DNA of 64,000 bases, taken from the NCBI GenBank assembly GCA_963767735.1, contig CAVYES010000006.1:256001-320000 (forward strand), read 5' to 3'. Shown here piece by piece: positions 43,658 through 53,640 of this stretch. The position numbers and the translations under genes are program-made. The DNA is from Candidatus Bathyarchaeota archaeon (GTDB lineage: Archaea; Thermoproteota; Bathyarchaeia; Bathyarchaeales; Bathycorpusculaceae). The notes under the pieces were generated by a model, which worked only from the letters and a program-made list of their open reading frames with translations, did not search any database and was not told the origin of the DNA. Each line of letters begins with the position of its first letter. Position 1 is the first letter of the stretch.

Positions 43658-44305
43658 TTGAAAGAAAAAGTTGCCGTAGCCACAGTGGAGGGAAAAGCGT
43701 ACTTTCTAATCGTAAACAAGTTAAGAGAACAAGATATCCCCTTCATAAGCTTGGTTCCTGGCGAGGTCGCGCCTGCCGAAGTGAGAGCGGTAATTACAAC
43801 TGAGAAAGAAAAGGACTTAGTGAAAAACGAAAACATACTAATCATACCAAGCGAAAATGAACTGGACGATTTGGTTAATGAGGTAAAGCGGATACTTCAA
43901 GGAAAAGAAGCCTACGAAAAAATCTTAATCGGCATTGACCCAGGTGAAGCAATTGGGCTGGCAGTAATTGCCGATGGAAAAGTTATTGAGGAAGACAACT
44001 GCTTTAGCACGCAAGAGGTAATTAACAGCATAATTAAGGCAATAAGAAACGTTAACTCCACCGTGACAAGCGTTTCCGTTAAAATTGGGAATGGTGTTCC
44101 AGTTTACAAGGAATTAGTCGAAGCTTTAGATGATGCTTTACCGCCTGCAACGGTGCTGGAAGTTGTGAATGAAGCCGGAACCAACCTGCCCATAAAAAAG
44201 AACAAGCGCAGCCGAAGAGTCAGGCATATTTCTTCAGCCATTCGGATTGCCGGAAGATCAGGCTATATTGTTCCAAGGAGGAAAATGATTGCAACAAACA
44301 GTTGA
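43658..44305 (+). CDS. RNase H-fold (YqgF/RuvC-like) domain protein
   Basis: IGIDPG..IGLAV, KIGNG, VNEAGT and HISSAIRIA. Confidence 0.6.
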   Translation: MKEKVAVATVEGKAYFLIVNKLREQDIPFISLVPGEVAPAEVRAVITTEKEKDLVKNENILIIPSENELDDLVNEVKRILQGKEAYEKILIGIDPGEAIGLAVIADGKVIEEDNCFSTQEVINSIIKAIRNVNSTVTSVSVKIGNGVPVYKELVEALDDALPPATVLEVVNEAGTNLPIKKNKRSRRVRHISSAIRIAGRSGYIVPRRKMIATNS

Positions 44306-45377
44306 ACCAAATAGGGCACTGCTCGTGGATGGGCCAGCATCCGTTTGTGTTGTTTCCGGCAAAGCTGAAATGTTCGGTTATGAATTAAAACAGGAAGTAA
44401 AAATTGTGGTTCGGGAAGGAAAGCGCCTGCCCTTTTTTGTTCTCGAAAAAGCAGTTTTTGACGTTTCTTTAGGGCCAAACGCGAGCATTACAGAAGTTGA
44501 GGGCAGCACAATTCCAGATTCGTGGAGTAAACCTCTTGAAGCAATTTTGAGCTTGCAGAAGAAGCCCGGTGTTGTTTTGCTTTTGGGGAACATTGATTCT
44601 GGAAAAAGCAGTTATTGCACTTATTTAGTGAACAAGCTGGTTGATGGAAAATGCCGGGTTGCTCTTTTAGACGGCGATTTAGGTCAATCAGACATTGGTC
44701 CCTCTGGAACAGTTGGTTACGCGGTAATTTCCAAGCCAGTAACACAATTGCACAATCTGAAGTTGCAGAACGCCTTCTTTGTCGGTGTTACCTCGCCGAT
44801 AACATCAATAGCTAAAACAATCGAAGGCTTAGCCGCTATGAAGGCTGAGATTTTACAGAGACAGGTTGATTTTGTAGTGGTTAATACTGACGGGTGGGTT
44901 ACAGGCGACATCGCGGTAAGCTACAAAACGCAGCTTATAGATGCGTTAAAACCCGATGTCATAGTTGGCGTGCAGACAGACAATGAACTCAGATCAATTA
45001 TCGCTTATTTGGATAACATTCCCGTTATTTTAGTCGAGGCGTCTTCTTCTCTTAGCCCGCGAAGTGCAGAAAAACGCAAAATCCTACGCGAAATGACTTA
45101 TGCAAGATACTTGAAAAACCCAAAACTTCATTGCTACCCAATAAGCCAAATGACAATTGAACCAAGAAAAGCCCTTCCGAAAATTCAAGAGCCAGAAAAA
45201 GGACTCCTTGTCGGACTATATGGTTCAGAAAACAAATTCTTAGGAATCGGCGTCTTACGTGAAATCAATCGTATGCGAAAAGCGTTAAAGGTTCAAACAG
45301 CAATTTCAGCTAAACCAAAGAGACTTGTCTTTGGAAAAGTCTTGCTAAACGAGAAGTTACAGGAAATTCAAGACTGA
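44289..45377 (+). CDS. Clp1/Grc3-family polynucleotide 5'-hydroxyl kinase
   Basis: LVDGPA N-domain, GNIDSGKS, DGDLGQSDIGP and NTDGWV. Confidence 0.92.
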   Translation: MQQTVEPNRALLVDGPASVCVVSGKAEMFGYELKQEVKIVVREGKRLPFFVLEKAVFDVSLGPNASITEVEGSTIPDSWSKPLEAILSLQKKPGVVLLLGNIDSGKSSYCTYLVNKLVDGKCRVALLDGDLGQSDIGPSGTVGYAVISKPVTQLHNLKLQNAFFVGVTSPITSIAKTIEGLAAMKAEILQRQVDFVVVNTDGWVTGDIAVSYKTQLIDALKPDVIVGVQTDNELRSIIAYLDNIPVILVEASSSLSPRSAEKRKILREMTYARYLKNPKLHCYPISQMTIEPRKALPKIQEPEKGLLVGLYGSENKFLGIGVLREINRMRKALKVQTAISAKPKRLVFGKVLLNEKLQEIQD

Positions 45378-47302
45378 TTTTTAAAGAAGTTGCTGATTTC
45401 CTTTGCTAATGCATTTTTTTCGTTGGGTAACGTTTTCATTCCATTTGTTATCCATGCGGGGAGGAAGCCTCGGCAGTAAAATGTTGCAAAGCGGGAGTCT
45501 AAAAAGACTATGGCTCCTCGGTCCTCTAATGTTCTGATTGGTCTTCCTGCGGCTTGAGAGGCTTTTTTCATGGCGGGCAAAACATACCCGTACTCTCGTC
45601 CAAGCCCTGGGAAGTATTTGTCATAGTATTCAATTTGCGCTTTCACTCTGGGCGTCGGCTCGGCGTATGGAATACCGACAACTGCAACGGAGTTCATTTG
45701 GTTGCCTGGGAAATCCACGCCCTCCGAGGTTCTTCCGCCTTGCACGCCGAGGAACACGGCGCCGTTTCGGCTGCCGCATTCTTTAAAATTTGTCACCATT
45801 TTTTCATTTTGCTCCGAGGTCATCTCTCTTTTCTCGTGAAAAAGAGGCTTTGACAGAGCATCCTCTAACCCCCCAGAAAGTATATTGTTTAACACTTCGA
45901 ATGAAGCAGCGAAAACACCCGTGTTGGTCGGCGTATTCTCCGCCACCTCGTTTATTCGTTCAATGATGGTTTGATACATGGCTGGAGTTCTTTTTTCCAT
46001 AGCAGTAGTTACCCCCGCGCATACAGCTGAGAACACATGTTCTTTAGGAAACGGCGAAGGCACAATGCATTCCACAGTGTTTAGCGGAAGCTTTGTTATT
46101 TGCTCATAAGCCTGCAGCGGCTGAAGCGTTCCCGACATAATCACATTGGCGTAGGTTGATGAAAAAACCGGCTTCGTAATTTTTGAAGGATCCAACGCCA
46201 CTATTTCCAATTTCGCCGTTTTGTTTCTATCTCTATTAAAATAGCAGCTTGCCACGTTTATGAAAGAATCGTCGTCCGCGGTGTCGAGCCATCTGAGCAG
46301 GAAATCCCCCATAGAATAAACATATGACCGCGGGTTTTTTCCCTCTGCCAACAAACGTTTCTTAATGGCGGTGCCTGCTTCGCATGTGCGTTCAAAGAAC
46401 CCTTTTGGGTCATCGATGCCTGCAGTTTTTTTGATGCTTTCGATTGTTTCATTGGGCGAAATTATCTTCTCCCGACTTACGCCATCAGTTAAGCTTTCAA
46501 TTGTATCCTTAAAGAAATGAGCAAATCTCTCAACTTCTCTGTTTCCAAATTTGTTGGCTTCTGCCTCTGCCTGCTTAACGGCGAAGGAGGATAAACTTGT
46601 GCTTGAGATGTCAATAGCTGTCTCAGGCAGATTATGCGCCTCATCAACGATCAGGATGATTTTTGATAGGTCTTGCTCCAGGTTTTTCAAAAAAGCGTTT
46701 CTAATGTTGGGCTCAAAAACATACAAGTAGCTTAAAGCGATTACTCTGGCTTCTGACACCGCAGACTTCACAAGTTCATAGGGGCAAAGTTCTCTTTTCA
46801 TGCAAATTGCCAGGATATCAGATGCTAAATATGGTCGAGCAGCAAGTGCGGCGGAAAGTTGAATAAAATCTGGTGTTCGCTTAACAACGTTGCCATAGTA
46901 TGGGCATCTGCTTTTGTTCTTCAGCAGCTCGCAGACTTCCATCATTGATTTTGAGTCAAAAGCTCCTCCAGTGGCAAACGCGTTAAGGCACATTTCATTG
47001 CGCCCACGAATAGAGACCCCCGCAACGGGTTGCTTTCTATGTATAGCTTTTAACTCTTCTATAACCCGGTCGTGCTGCCGATGGGTTCGCGCAACATAAA
47101 GTATCTTCAAATCTTTCTCAATTGCTACTGGCAGGCACGCAGAAAGAGCCGAGATGGTTTTTCCTAAACCGTTGCTTCCTTCAATGAGAACTGAACGTCT
47201 CTCATTCACCGCATTATAAACAGTCGAGATAAACTCGTCTTGATATGGGCGCACGCTCTGGTAGGGAAAATACTTTGCCACGGGGGCTGGGAGCTTAATC
47301 AT
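45368..47302 (-). CDS. xpd: XPD/DinG family FeS DNA helicase
   Basis: GSNGLGKT, four FeS Cys, DEAH, SEGVDF and QAAGRPIR. Confidence 0.93.
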   Translation of the reverse strand: MIKLPAPVAKYFPYQSVRPYQDEFISTVYNAVNERRSVLIEGSNGLGKTISALSACLPVAIEKDLKILYVARTHRQHDRVIEELKAIHRKQPVAGVSIRGRNEMCLNAFATGGAFDSKSMMEVCELLKNKSRCPYYGNVVKRTPDFIQLSAALAARPYLASDILAICMKRELCPYELVKSAVSEARVIALSYLYVFEPNIRNAFLKNLEQDLSKIILIVDEAHNLPETAIDISSTSLSSFAVKQAEAEANKFGNREVERFAHFFKDTIESLTDGVSREKIISPNETIESIKKTAGIDDPKGFFERTCEAGTAIKKRLLAEGKNPRSYVYSMGDFLLRWLDTADDDSFINVASCYFNRDRNKTAKLEIVALDPSKITKPVFSSTYANVIMSGTLQPLQAYEQITKLPLNTVECIVPSPFPKEHVFSAVCAGVTTAMEKRTPAMYQTIIERINEVAENTPTNTGVFAASFEVLNNILSGGLEDALSKPLFHEKREMTSEQNEKMVTNFKECGSRNGAVFLGVQGGRTSEGVDFPGNQMNSVAVVGIPYAEPTPRVKAQIEYYDKYFPGLGREYGYVLPAMKKASQAAGRPIRTLEDRGAIVFLDSRFATFYCRGFLPAWITNGMKTLPNEKNALAKEISNFFKNQS

Positions 47303-48006
47303 TTCTTATCTCCCAAATAGTTCGATGGACAATAACTGTTCACTGGGCACTGTGGGCAAAGCGGCTGCCTTGCCTTGCAGTATCTTCTGCCATGAGCAAT
47401 CAACAGCAAATGAACCGCCAAATAATCTTTCGGGTCAAAAAGCGACTGCAGACTCAAACGCACCTCTTCGTAACCGCCGTTTGCAGGCGCCCACCCAAGC
47501 CGCTTCGACACCCGATTCACATGCGTATCCACAGGAATGGTGGGTTGATTAGCTGAGAAAAGTAAGACAACATCCGCCGTTTTCGGCCCAACTCCAGGCA
47601 TCTCCATCAGCGTTTTTCTAGCTTCGTCAAGTGGCAATGATAAGATTGGCTTTAGTGAGCCACCAAATTTTTCGAGAATGATTTTTGAGACTGCTTTTAT
47701 TGTTTTGGCTTTACTTTTGTAGAGACCGCCAACGTGGAGGCAAGCTTCAATTTTGCTTGTTTCGGCACTTGATAGTGTCTGAGGCATTACTTCGAACTGC
47801 TTCGAGAGGTTTTCGAAGGCTCTCTCAGTATTGCGGTCAGCGGTGTTCTGTGAAATAATCGTTATAACCAAGGTTTCGAATGGGTCACATTTTGATTTAA
47901 CCAGTTTAGGCACGGCTAATTTGTCCTGTAATATCTGCAAGATTGTTGCCGCATGACTGTTAGCCATCATCGTGCCTTCATAGGTCTCGAAAATATTGAC
48001 CTCCAA
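47299..48006 (-). CDS. nth: Endonuclease III
   Basis: ISQNT, HhH MPGVGPKTA, VDTHV and C-x6-C-x2-C-x5-C. Confidence 0.95.
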   Translation of the reverse strand: MEVNIFETYEGTMMANSHAATILQILQDKLAVPKLVKSKCDPFETLVITIISQNTADRNTERAFENLSKQFEVMPQTLSSAETSKIEACLHVGGLYKSKAKTIKAVSKIILEKFGGSLKPILSLPLDEARKTLMEMPGVGPKTADVVLLFSANQPTIPVDTHVNRVSKRLGWAPANGGYEEVRLSLQSLFDPKDYLAVHLLLIAHGRRYCKARQPLCPQCPVNSYCPSNYLGDKK

Positions 48007-48313
48007 CTATTGATTTGCCAAGTTATAAATATCATCTGTACAAAAAAATGCAAGCTTAACTTGGATTTTCAGTGAGTATTTTTGCCTCTTGTTTTATCTT
48101 ATGCTTTTTTCTAAACAAACTGACTTTTCTATGTTGAAAAGAACATTCTGCATGCTGCGTGCTACTGCTAAAGTTAGTGCTCAGTCATGTTGTCGTGCAA
48201 TTTGTGGGTAGCTGAGCTCTATGTGTCCGGTTTTGGCGTAGGTGTATTGTTGCTCGTTTAGTTGTTGGCGTAATTGTCGATGGTATGGTTTTTCTAAGCA
48301 ATTTTTTTGTGAC

Positions 48314-48346
48314 TTGTATACAAATATACTTTAATACTTAGTATAC
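48314..48346. promoter_or_regulatory. Putative antitoxin operator and TATA box
   Basis: Palindromic TTGTATACAA and a second GTATAC flank TTTAATA just upstream of vapB. Confidence 0.45.
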
Positions 48347-48358
48347 ATTTGGAAGTAA

Positions 48359-48580
48359 GTGGTGCAGTTAATGAATGAGACAACAACGATAAGGGTCTCA
48401 AAGAAAACGGCAGAGACACTAGAAAATCTCCGAGAGAAACTCGGCGCGGAAAGTCTTGACGAAACTATCCAATCGCTTGTAAAAAAGCAGCGTAAGGCTA
48501 TTTTAGAGGTATCTTTCGGTGCAGACAAAGGACGCATTAAGCCTTTCACGGAGAATGATCGCGGTGAAGACCGTAGTTGA
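48359..48580 (+). CDS. vapB: VapB-type RHH antitoxin
   Basis: TTIRVSKKT..L..L RHH pattern; overlaps the PIN gene. Confidence 0.8.
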   Translation: MVQLMNETTTIRVSKKTAETLENLREKLGAESLDETIQSLVKKQRKAILEVSFGADKGRIKPFTENDRGEDRS

Positions 48581-48971
48581 CTCTTATGCTTGGATTGAAC
48601 ATTTCCTAGGCAGCGAAAAAGGCGGCAAAACCGACGAAATATTACAAAACTCCGATGAAATTTACACTCCAGACATCGTGTTAGCTGAAATCGCAAGGAA
48701 ATATGCCCGAGAAGGCGTTGAAGATAACATAATCAGGTCACGGCTGCAACAAATAGAAGATGCCTCAAATATCGTAGCCTTAAATGCAGAAATAGCCTTA
48801 TTGGCATCAAAATGCTATCTGGGAATGCAAGCTAATGCAAAAAAACTAAAATTAACACTGCCCGGTTTATTTGACCCCATAATATTAGCCACAGGTAGAT
48901 CATTAAACGCGAAAATTCTAACAGGAGACCAACATTTCAAGAACCTGCCCGAAACAATATGGCTCGAATAA
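48564..48971 (+). CDS. vapC: VapC PIN-domain toxin
   Basis: VVDSYAWIE, LAE, FD and LTGDQHF; GTG start at 48564. Confidence 0.9.
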   Translation: MKTVVDSYAWIEHFLGSEKGGKTDEILQNSDEIYTPDIVLAEIARKYAREGVEDNIIRSRLQQIEDASNIVALNAEIALLASKCYLGMQANAKKLKLTLPGLFDPIILATGRSLNAKILTGDQHFKNLPETIWLE

Positions 48972-49133
48972 CAAAATAGATCTCTTCCCATAAAAGATTG
49001 GGAGATAGCGGCTTAGCTTTTTGTGAATGTGAACGAATGAGGATTCGGATTTAATTTTAAAATTGATCTTGGGCGACAGTAATAGTTAAGTTGTTTCTTC
49101 TGCAATTGTACTACTTGAAGTTGAAGTTGAACT

Positions 49134-49364
49134 ATGGACGAAGTGCTTGTAACCCGCAAAGGGCAAATCACAGTTCCCATTGCACTAAGACGCAAATATG
49201 GAATAAAACAGGGAATGAAACTATCAGTGCAAGATTCAGGCTCAAGCATAGTGCTGCAAGTTGTACCCCGAATCGAAGACCTGGCTGGCATTGATGCAGG
49301 CAAAATTTCAGTTGAAAAAGCCAAAGAAATGCTGGACAAGATGAGATCTGAAAACCGATATTAA
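49134..49364 (+). CDS. AbrB/MazE-type antitoxin
   Basis: VTRKGQITVP..LRRKYGIKQG. Confidence 0.9.
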   Translation: MDEVLVTRKGQITVPIALRRKYGIKQGMKLSVQDSGSSIVLQVVPRIEDLAGIDAGKISVEKAKEMLDKMRSENRY

Positions 49365-49365
49365 A

Positions 49366-49770
49366 ATGAAAGCCGTAATTGATACCCGCTTCTTAATCGA
49401 GCATTTTTTAGCTCAAGACGAGTCAAGCAAAAAACTCACCAGAATAATTTTAGAAAATTTGCAAAGCCGCTCAAATCTCGGTCTTGTACCCTCAATTGTA
49501 ATTCATGAATTCTACAAGTTTTTGCTTGAAAACTATGGAAGAGACGTAGCTGACATTAGGACCAACATTATTCAATCAGCCGAATTAGAAATAGTTAACC
49601 TTGACGTAATTATCGGAATCGAAGCTGCCAAACTCCGATGCAAATACGCCGAGCTGCCAACAGCCGACGCCATAATAGCAGCAACAGCAATCGTAACATC
49701 CAGCGACTACATCTTAACCGACGACAAACACATCAAACAAATAAAAGAAACAAAAACAAAATGGATCTAA
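49366..49770 (+). CDS. vapC: VapC PIN-domain toxin
   Basis: VIDT, HE, ADAIIAATA and LTDDKH. Confidence 0.9.
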   Translation: MKAVIDTRFLIEHFLAQDESSKKLTRIILENLQSRSNLGLVPSIVIHEFYKFLLENYGRDVADIRTNIIQSAELEIVNLDVIIGIEAAKLRCKYAELPTADAIIAATAIVTSSDYILTDDKHIKQIKETKTKWI

Positions 49771-49940
49771 AACCTTGATGTAGTTATCGGAATCCCCTAA
49801 CAAGCTGGAATGCTTCCCATGCAAAATTGAAAACGGAAAAATACATTTTGCCGTTTCTAAAAAGAGTAAGTTGCTATTCCTTATGCCGTTTAAGGAATAA
49901 ATAATTGTTCGGTCTTCATTCTTATCAGAGGTTGTTTTTT

Positions 49941-50396
49941 ATGGCGGCTCCGGATGATTTGACAAACATTCTTGACCCAAACGAGACTGTTGAACTCTAC
50001 ATCAAACAAAAGTTTTACCACCTCGCAATTGACATCGACTCAGTTGTCATAACCAACAAGAGGGTAATTTTGCGGCATCCTCATGCGCTCGGATTAAAAA
50101 AAGACTACACTGATTACAACTACATGGACTTTGAGAACGTAATCATTGACAATGGAATCGTGCGTTCCACAATCAAATGCACATTCAAGACCGCAATAGC
50201 GCCCCTTTTACTAAATGACGTACCTAAAGCAGATGCAGAAAAAGCATACAGAATAATAAGAGACAACCTCAACAAAGCCCAAACACAGGCTCTAACAGAA
50301 GAAACAACTCCACAAATGATAATTTGCTCGTACTGTGGAACCAAAAATACGCCAGATGCTTCCAAGTGCATTAATTGTGGAGCAAACTTATCATAG
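49941..50396 (+). CDS. Bacterial PH-domain protein with C-terminal zinc ribbon
   Basis: VVITNKRVI bPH motif; CSYCG..CINCG. Confidence 0.75.
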   Translation: MAAPDDLTNILDPNETVELYIKQKFYHLAIDIDSVVITNKRVILRHPHALGLKKDYTDYNYMDFENVIIDNGIVRSTIKCTFKTAIAPLLLNDVPKADAEKAYRIIRDNLNKAQTQALTEETTPQMIICSYCGTKNTPDASKCINCGANLS

Positions 50397-50463
50397 GGAG
50401 TTGGAAACGAGGCCATAATACTGTCGAGTTGTTATTGATGACGAATGTAAGTGCAAAATACTA

Positions 50464-50501
50464 TGCATTATTAACGCATAGATTTATATTTTAATAATGC
50501 A
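50464..50501. promoter_or_regulatory. 11-bp inverted repeat bracketing a TATA box
   Basis: TGCATTATTAA (50464-50474) and TTAATAATGCA (50491-50501) surround TTTATATT. Confidence 0.55.
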
Positions 50502-50510
50502 CAATTTAAC

Positions 50511-51722
50511 TTGATGATTCTCAAAGAAACCTTACGAAGCATAGTTAAATCCCAACAAAAAGACCTAGAGTGCGCAGAGCAAGGTATAACGCGAGCTATA
50601 GCTCAAAAAATAGACCTCACACTTCCCTTTGCCGAAATCTTATCCGGAATACGACGCTGTGGAAAAAGCACTTTGCTAAGGCAAATCATGACCAAAACTC
50701 GGAGCTCATACTACTTCAATTTTGAAGATCCAAGAGCAACCAGTTTTGAACTCAACGATTTCCAGAAGTTGAATGAAATTTTTAGAGAAGAGTTCGGAGA
50801 AAACGACAATTATTTTTTCGATGAAATTCAGAACGTAGAAAAGTGGGAACTCTTTGTAAGAACAATGCTTGATAAGAAAAAGCACTTCTTAATTACAGGT
50901 TCAAACGCGTCGCTGATGAGCAAAGAGCTTGGAACCAGGCTGACTGGGAGACATCTGAAACAGGAACTTTTTCCTTTTTCTTATTATGAATTTCTTAATT
51001 TTACTTCAAGAGAGAAAGGCGCTGAATCTTTCGGAGAATATTTGAAGAGAGGCGGATTTCCTGAATTCCTGAAATATGGTAGAAGCGATATTCTTCAAGA
51101 GCTTTTCAACGACATAATCATGCGCGATATTGTTGTGCGGCATAAACTAAGAAGCCCAAAAGCCATAAAGGAAATGGCGCTTTTTTTGATCTCCAATGTT
51201 GGCGTAGAGTTTTCCTACAACAGCCTTGCTAAAACGTTCAGCCTTGGTTCGACTAACAGTGCAATAGCCTTTGTTTCATATTTGGAAGATAGCTATCTGT
51301 TATTTACTGTATCCAAGTTTGACTTTTCTTTAAAAAAGCAAGCCGTAAACCCAAAAAAAGTGTATTTGATAGACAATGGATTGGCTGATGTAAATTCAAT
51401 TTCGTTCTCAGCGAACAAGGGAAGAATGTTTGAAAACTGCGTGTTTTTGGAACTTCGAAGAACTGGAAAAGAAATATACTATTTCAGAGAAAATAAAGAG
51501 TGTGATTTTCTCATCAAGGAAAAAAACAAGATTGTTCAGGCAATCCAAACTTGCTACGAATTAAATGAAGACAACAAGAAAAGAGAAATTGACGGCTTAA
51601 TTGAAGCAATGATCAAGTTCGATTTACCCGAAGGATTAATATTGACTTATGACCAGGAAGACGAAATAGAACTGTCGGGAAAAAATATAAAAATTAAGCC
51701 AGCTTGGCGTTGGTTTCAATGA
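50511..51722 (+). CDS. AAA_14 ATPase with DUF4143 (wHTH and PD-(D/E)xK-like C-terminus)
   Basis: GIRRCGKS, FDEIQ, ITGS, LTGR, GGFP, KVYLIDNG and ECDF. Confidence 0.92.
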   Translation: MMILKETLRSIVKSQQKDLECAEQGITRAIAQKIDLTLPFAEILSGIRRCGKSTLLRQIMTKTRSSYYFNFEDPRATSFELNDFQKLNEIFREEFGENDNYFFDEIQNVEKWELFVRTMLDKKKHFLITGSNASLMSKELGTRLTGRHLKQELFPFSYYEFLNFTSREKGAESFGEYLKRGGFPEFLKYGRSDILQELFNDIIMRDIVVRHKLRSPKAIKEMALFLISNVGVEFSYNSLAKTFSLGSTNSAIAFVSYLEDSYLLFTVSKFDFSLKKQAVNPKKVYLIDNGLADVNSISFSANKGRMFENCVFLELRRTGKEIYYFRENKECDFLIKEKNKIVQAIQTCYELNEDNKKREIDGLIEAMIKFDLPEGLILTYDQEDEIELSGKNIKIKPAWRWFQ

Positions 51723-51758
51723 AGCGATTACATTGTTGACACGACGGCAAAAGTCTTG

Positions 51759-52604
51759 TTAAAAGTTCCAGAGTGTGTTTGCGCTGTGTTGGGCTTTTTC
51801 TATAATGGATAGCACGGTTGCTTGGGGTAATCCTGTTTTCCTTTCAATTGTTGCTTTGTCTTGGTCAAGTAACTGTTTTATGAGCACTATCCCAGAGTTA
51901 ACTAGTCTTAGCCTTGCTTCAACGCTTACTCCTCTGAGGCAACTTAACGGGTATAATTTGTTTTTTTCAATAGCTTCTCTTAGCCCAAAGTGTTCAGGTG
52001 AAGTCCAACCTATCTGTATGAGGTTTTTGCATTTTCCGTATTGTATCGCGTGATCTGAGTATCTGGTGTTGGTGACTATAACGGCCCGGTCAATTTTTAG
52101 GTCTGTTAAGCCAAGCGTGAAGGCGTCTGTAACGTCTTCGAGCACTGCCCAGGCTATTCGGCTTTCATCCAGCCCCGTTAAGGCATGATAGCTTAAATGA
52201 TGTTTAACCTCAACAAAGTAGGTGACGCCATCCTTCCTCGCAATCCCATCTACCTCATGTTCTCCGCATTTTCCCCTAAGAACCTGATTAGGAGTAACCT
52301 CAAAACCAGTATGCGCCAACAAAACCTGTATGAACAATTCAAATTCTGGCTTGGGCTCCATCAGGCTTATGCCCTGTTTTAGGTCGAAGAGGTGACTAAC
52401 AGCAGGCCTGTATTTCCTCATATACGTGAAAATCAGCTTTAGAATCGCCTCTGTCGTTATGCCATCGTAAAGTCTTCTTCCAATCCGCTCCGCAACTTCA
52501 TTAGCAATATAGCTGTCTGCCCCCATCCTTAGGCAAGTCTGCACAATTTTTTCTCTGCTAAACGACTGTTTGGAACCGTCTGCTTTGGTAACGAGAAATG
52601 CCAA
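51759..52604 (-). CDS. ATP-cone / Mrr-type restriction endonuclease / HhH protein
   Basis: VTKADGSKQSFSREKI ATP cone; FE, HEVD, VEVK and VTN nuclease motifs; likely TTG start 52604 within ORF 51759-52661. Confidence 0.8.
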   Translation of the reverse strand: MAFLVTKADGSKQSFSREKIVQTCLRMGADSYIANEVAERIGRRLYDGITTEAILKLIFTYMRKYRPAVSHLFDLKQGISLMEPKPEFELFIQVLLAHTGFEVTPNQVLRGKCGEHEVDGIARKDGVTYFVEVKHHLSYHALTGLDESRIAWAVLEDVTDAFTLGLTDLKIDRAVIVTNTRYSDHAIQYGKCKNLIQIGWTSPEHFGLREAIEKNKLYPLSCLRGVSVEARLRLVNSGIVLIKQLLDQDKATIERKTGLPQATVLSIIEKAQHSANTLWNF

Positions 52605-52747
52605 GTTGCATGCACCAGTTAGAAAGAAAAATACGCAGAGTGCAGTTTTAAGTTTATTCATTCTCCAAAGATGCTATGCTGAAAATGGAAAGCTGAAATA
52701 ATCGTGTGCCAATGATATTGTAGACTGCTATTTCTGTTGGTGATATT

Positions 52748-53475
52748 GTGAAAACTGTTGGTGACGATTTTCAAACAGAAACAAAATACTCCCGAGACAA
52801 AAGGTCTTGGTGGCAATTTAGACTGGGCGAATAAGCCAGAAACCTATAAGAGCTATCCCTCCAGCAAGACCATCCAGCTGCCAAATGTGTTGCCGGAGGC
52901 AACTATGGGTTTCGCTGAGGTTCTTCGCAGACGCAAGAGCATCCGAGCCTTCTCAAATCAGCCTTTAAGCTTAGATGATTTAGGTTTTCTTCTTTGGGCA
53001 TCGACAGGTATCCAAAGAGTCGAGCAGGGCTACGAGTTCCGCACAGCCCCATCAGCTGGAGCATTATACCCCATCGAAACATACATAGCAGCAAACAACA
53101 TCGAAGACATGGATAGCGGCATTTATCACTACAACATAAAAAACCACTTGCTGGAAGAAATAAAGACTGGAAATTTCGGCGATGCCATAGCCCACGCAGC
53201 CTTGGGTCAACAAATTTGTGCAACCGCATCCGTCGTCTTCATCTGGACAGCCATCTTTGAGAGGTCCAAGTGGAAATACAAACAGAGAGCTTACAGATAC
53301 ATCTACTTAGATGCAGGACACATAGCGGAGAACTTGGCGTTGGCGGCGGCAAGCATCAACTGTGGATCCTGCCAAATCGGAGCTTTCTTCGACGACGAAA
53401 TAAACTCAATAGTGGGATGTAGACGGAGCGGAAGAAAGCACAATCCTTCTTAGCGTGATTGGCCACCCAAAATGA
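52748..53475 (+). CDS. SagB/ThcOx-type nitroreductase (frameshifts near both ends)
   Basis: RRKSIRAF, PSAGALYP, LDAGH and GAFFD; corrected C-terminus DVDG..IGHPK* ends at 53475. Confidence 0.9.
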
Positions 53476-53640
53476 TCACAAAGCGCAAAGCACTGCAAGA
53501 CTGAAAGTGGCTACCATACACTATTTCAAATGTGGGAAAATTACTGTATTCATCAGAAAATCTATGTACAGTCTGCCTCTCATCTTCAAATTTATTAAAG
53601 AATGCTTTGCGAAAGGGACTTTAACCAAGCTTCAAGCACT

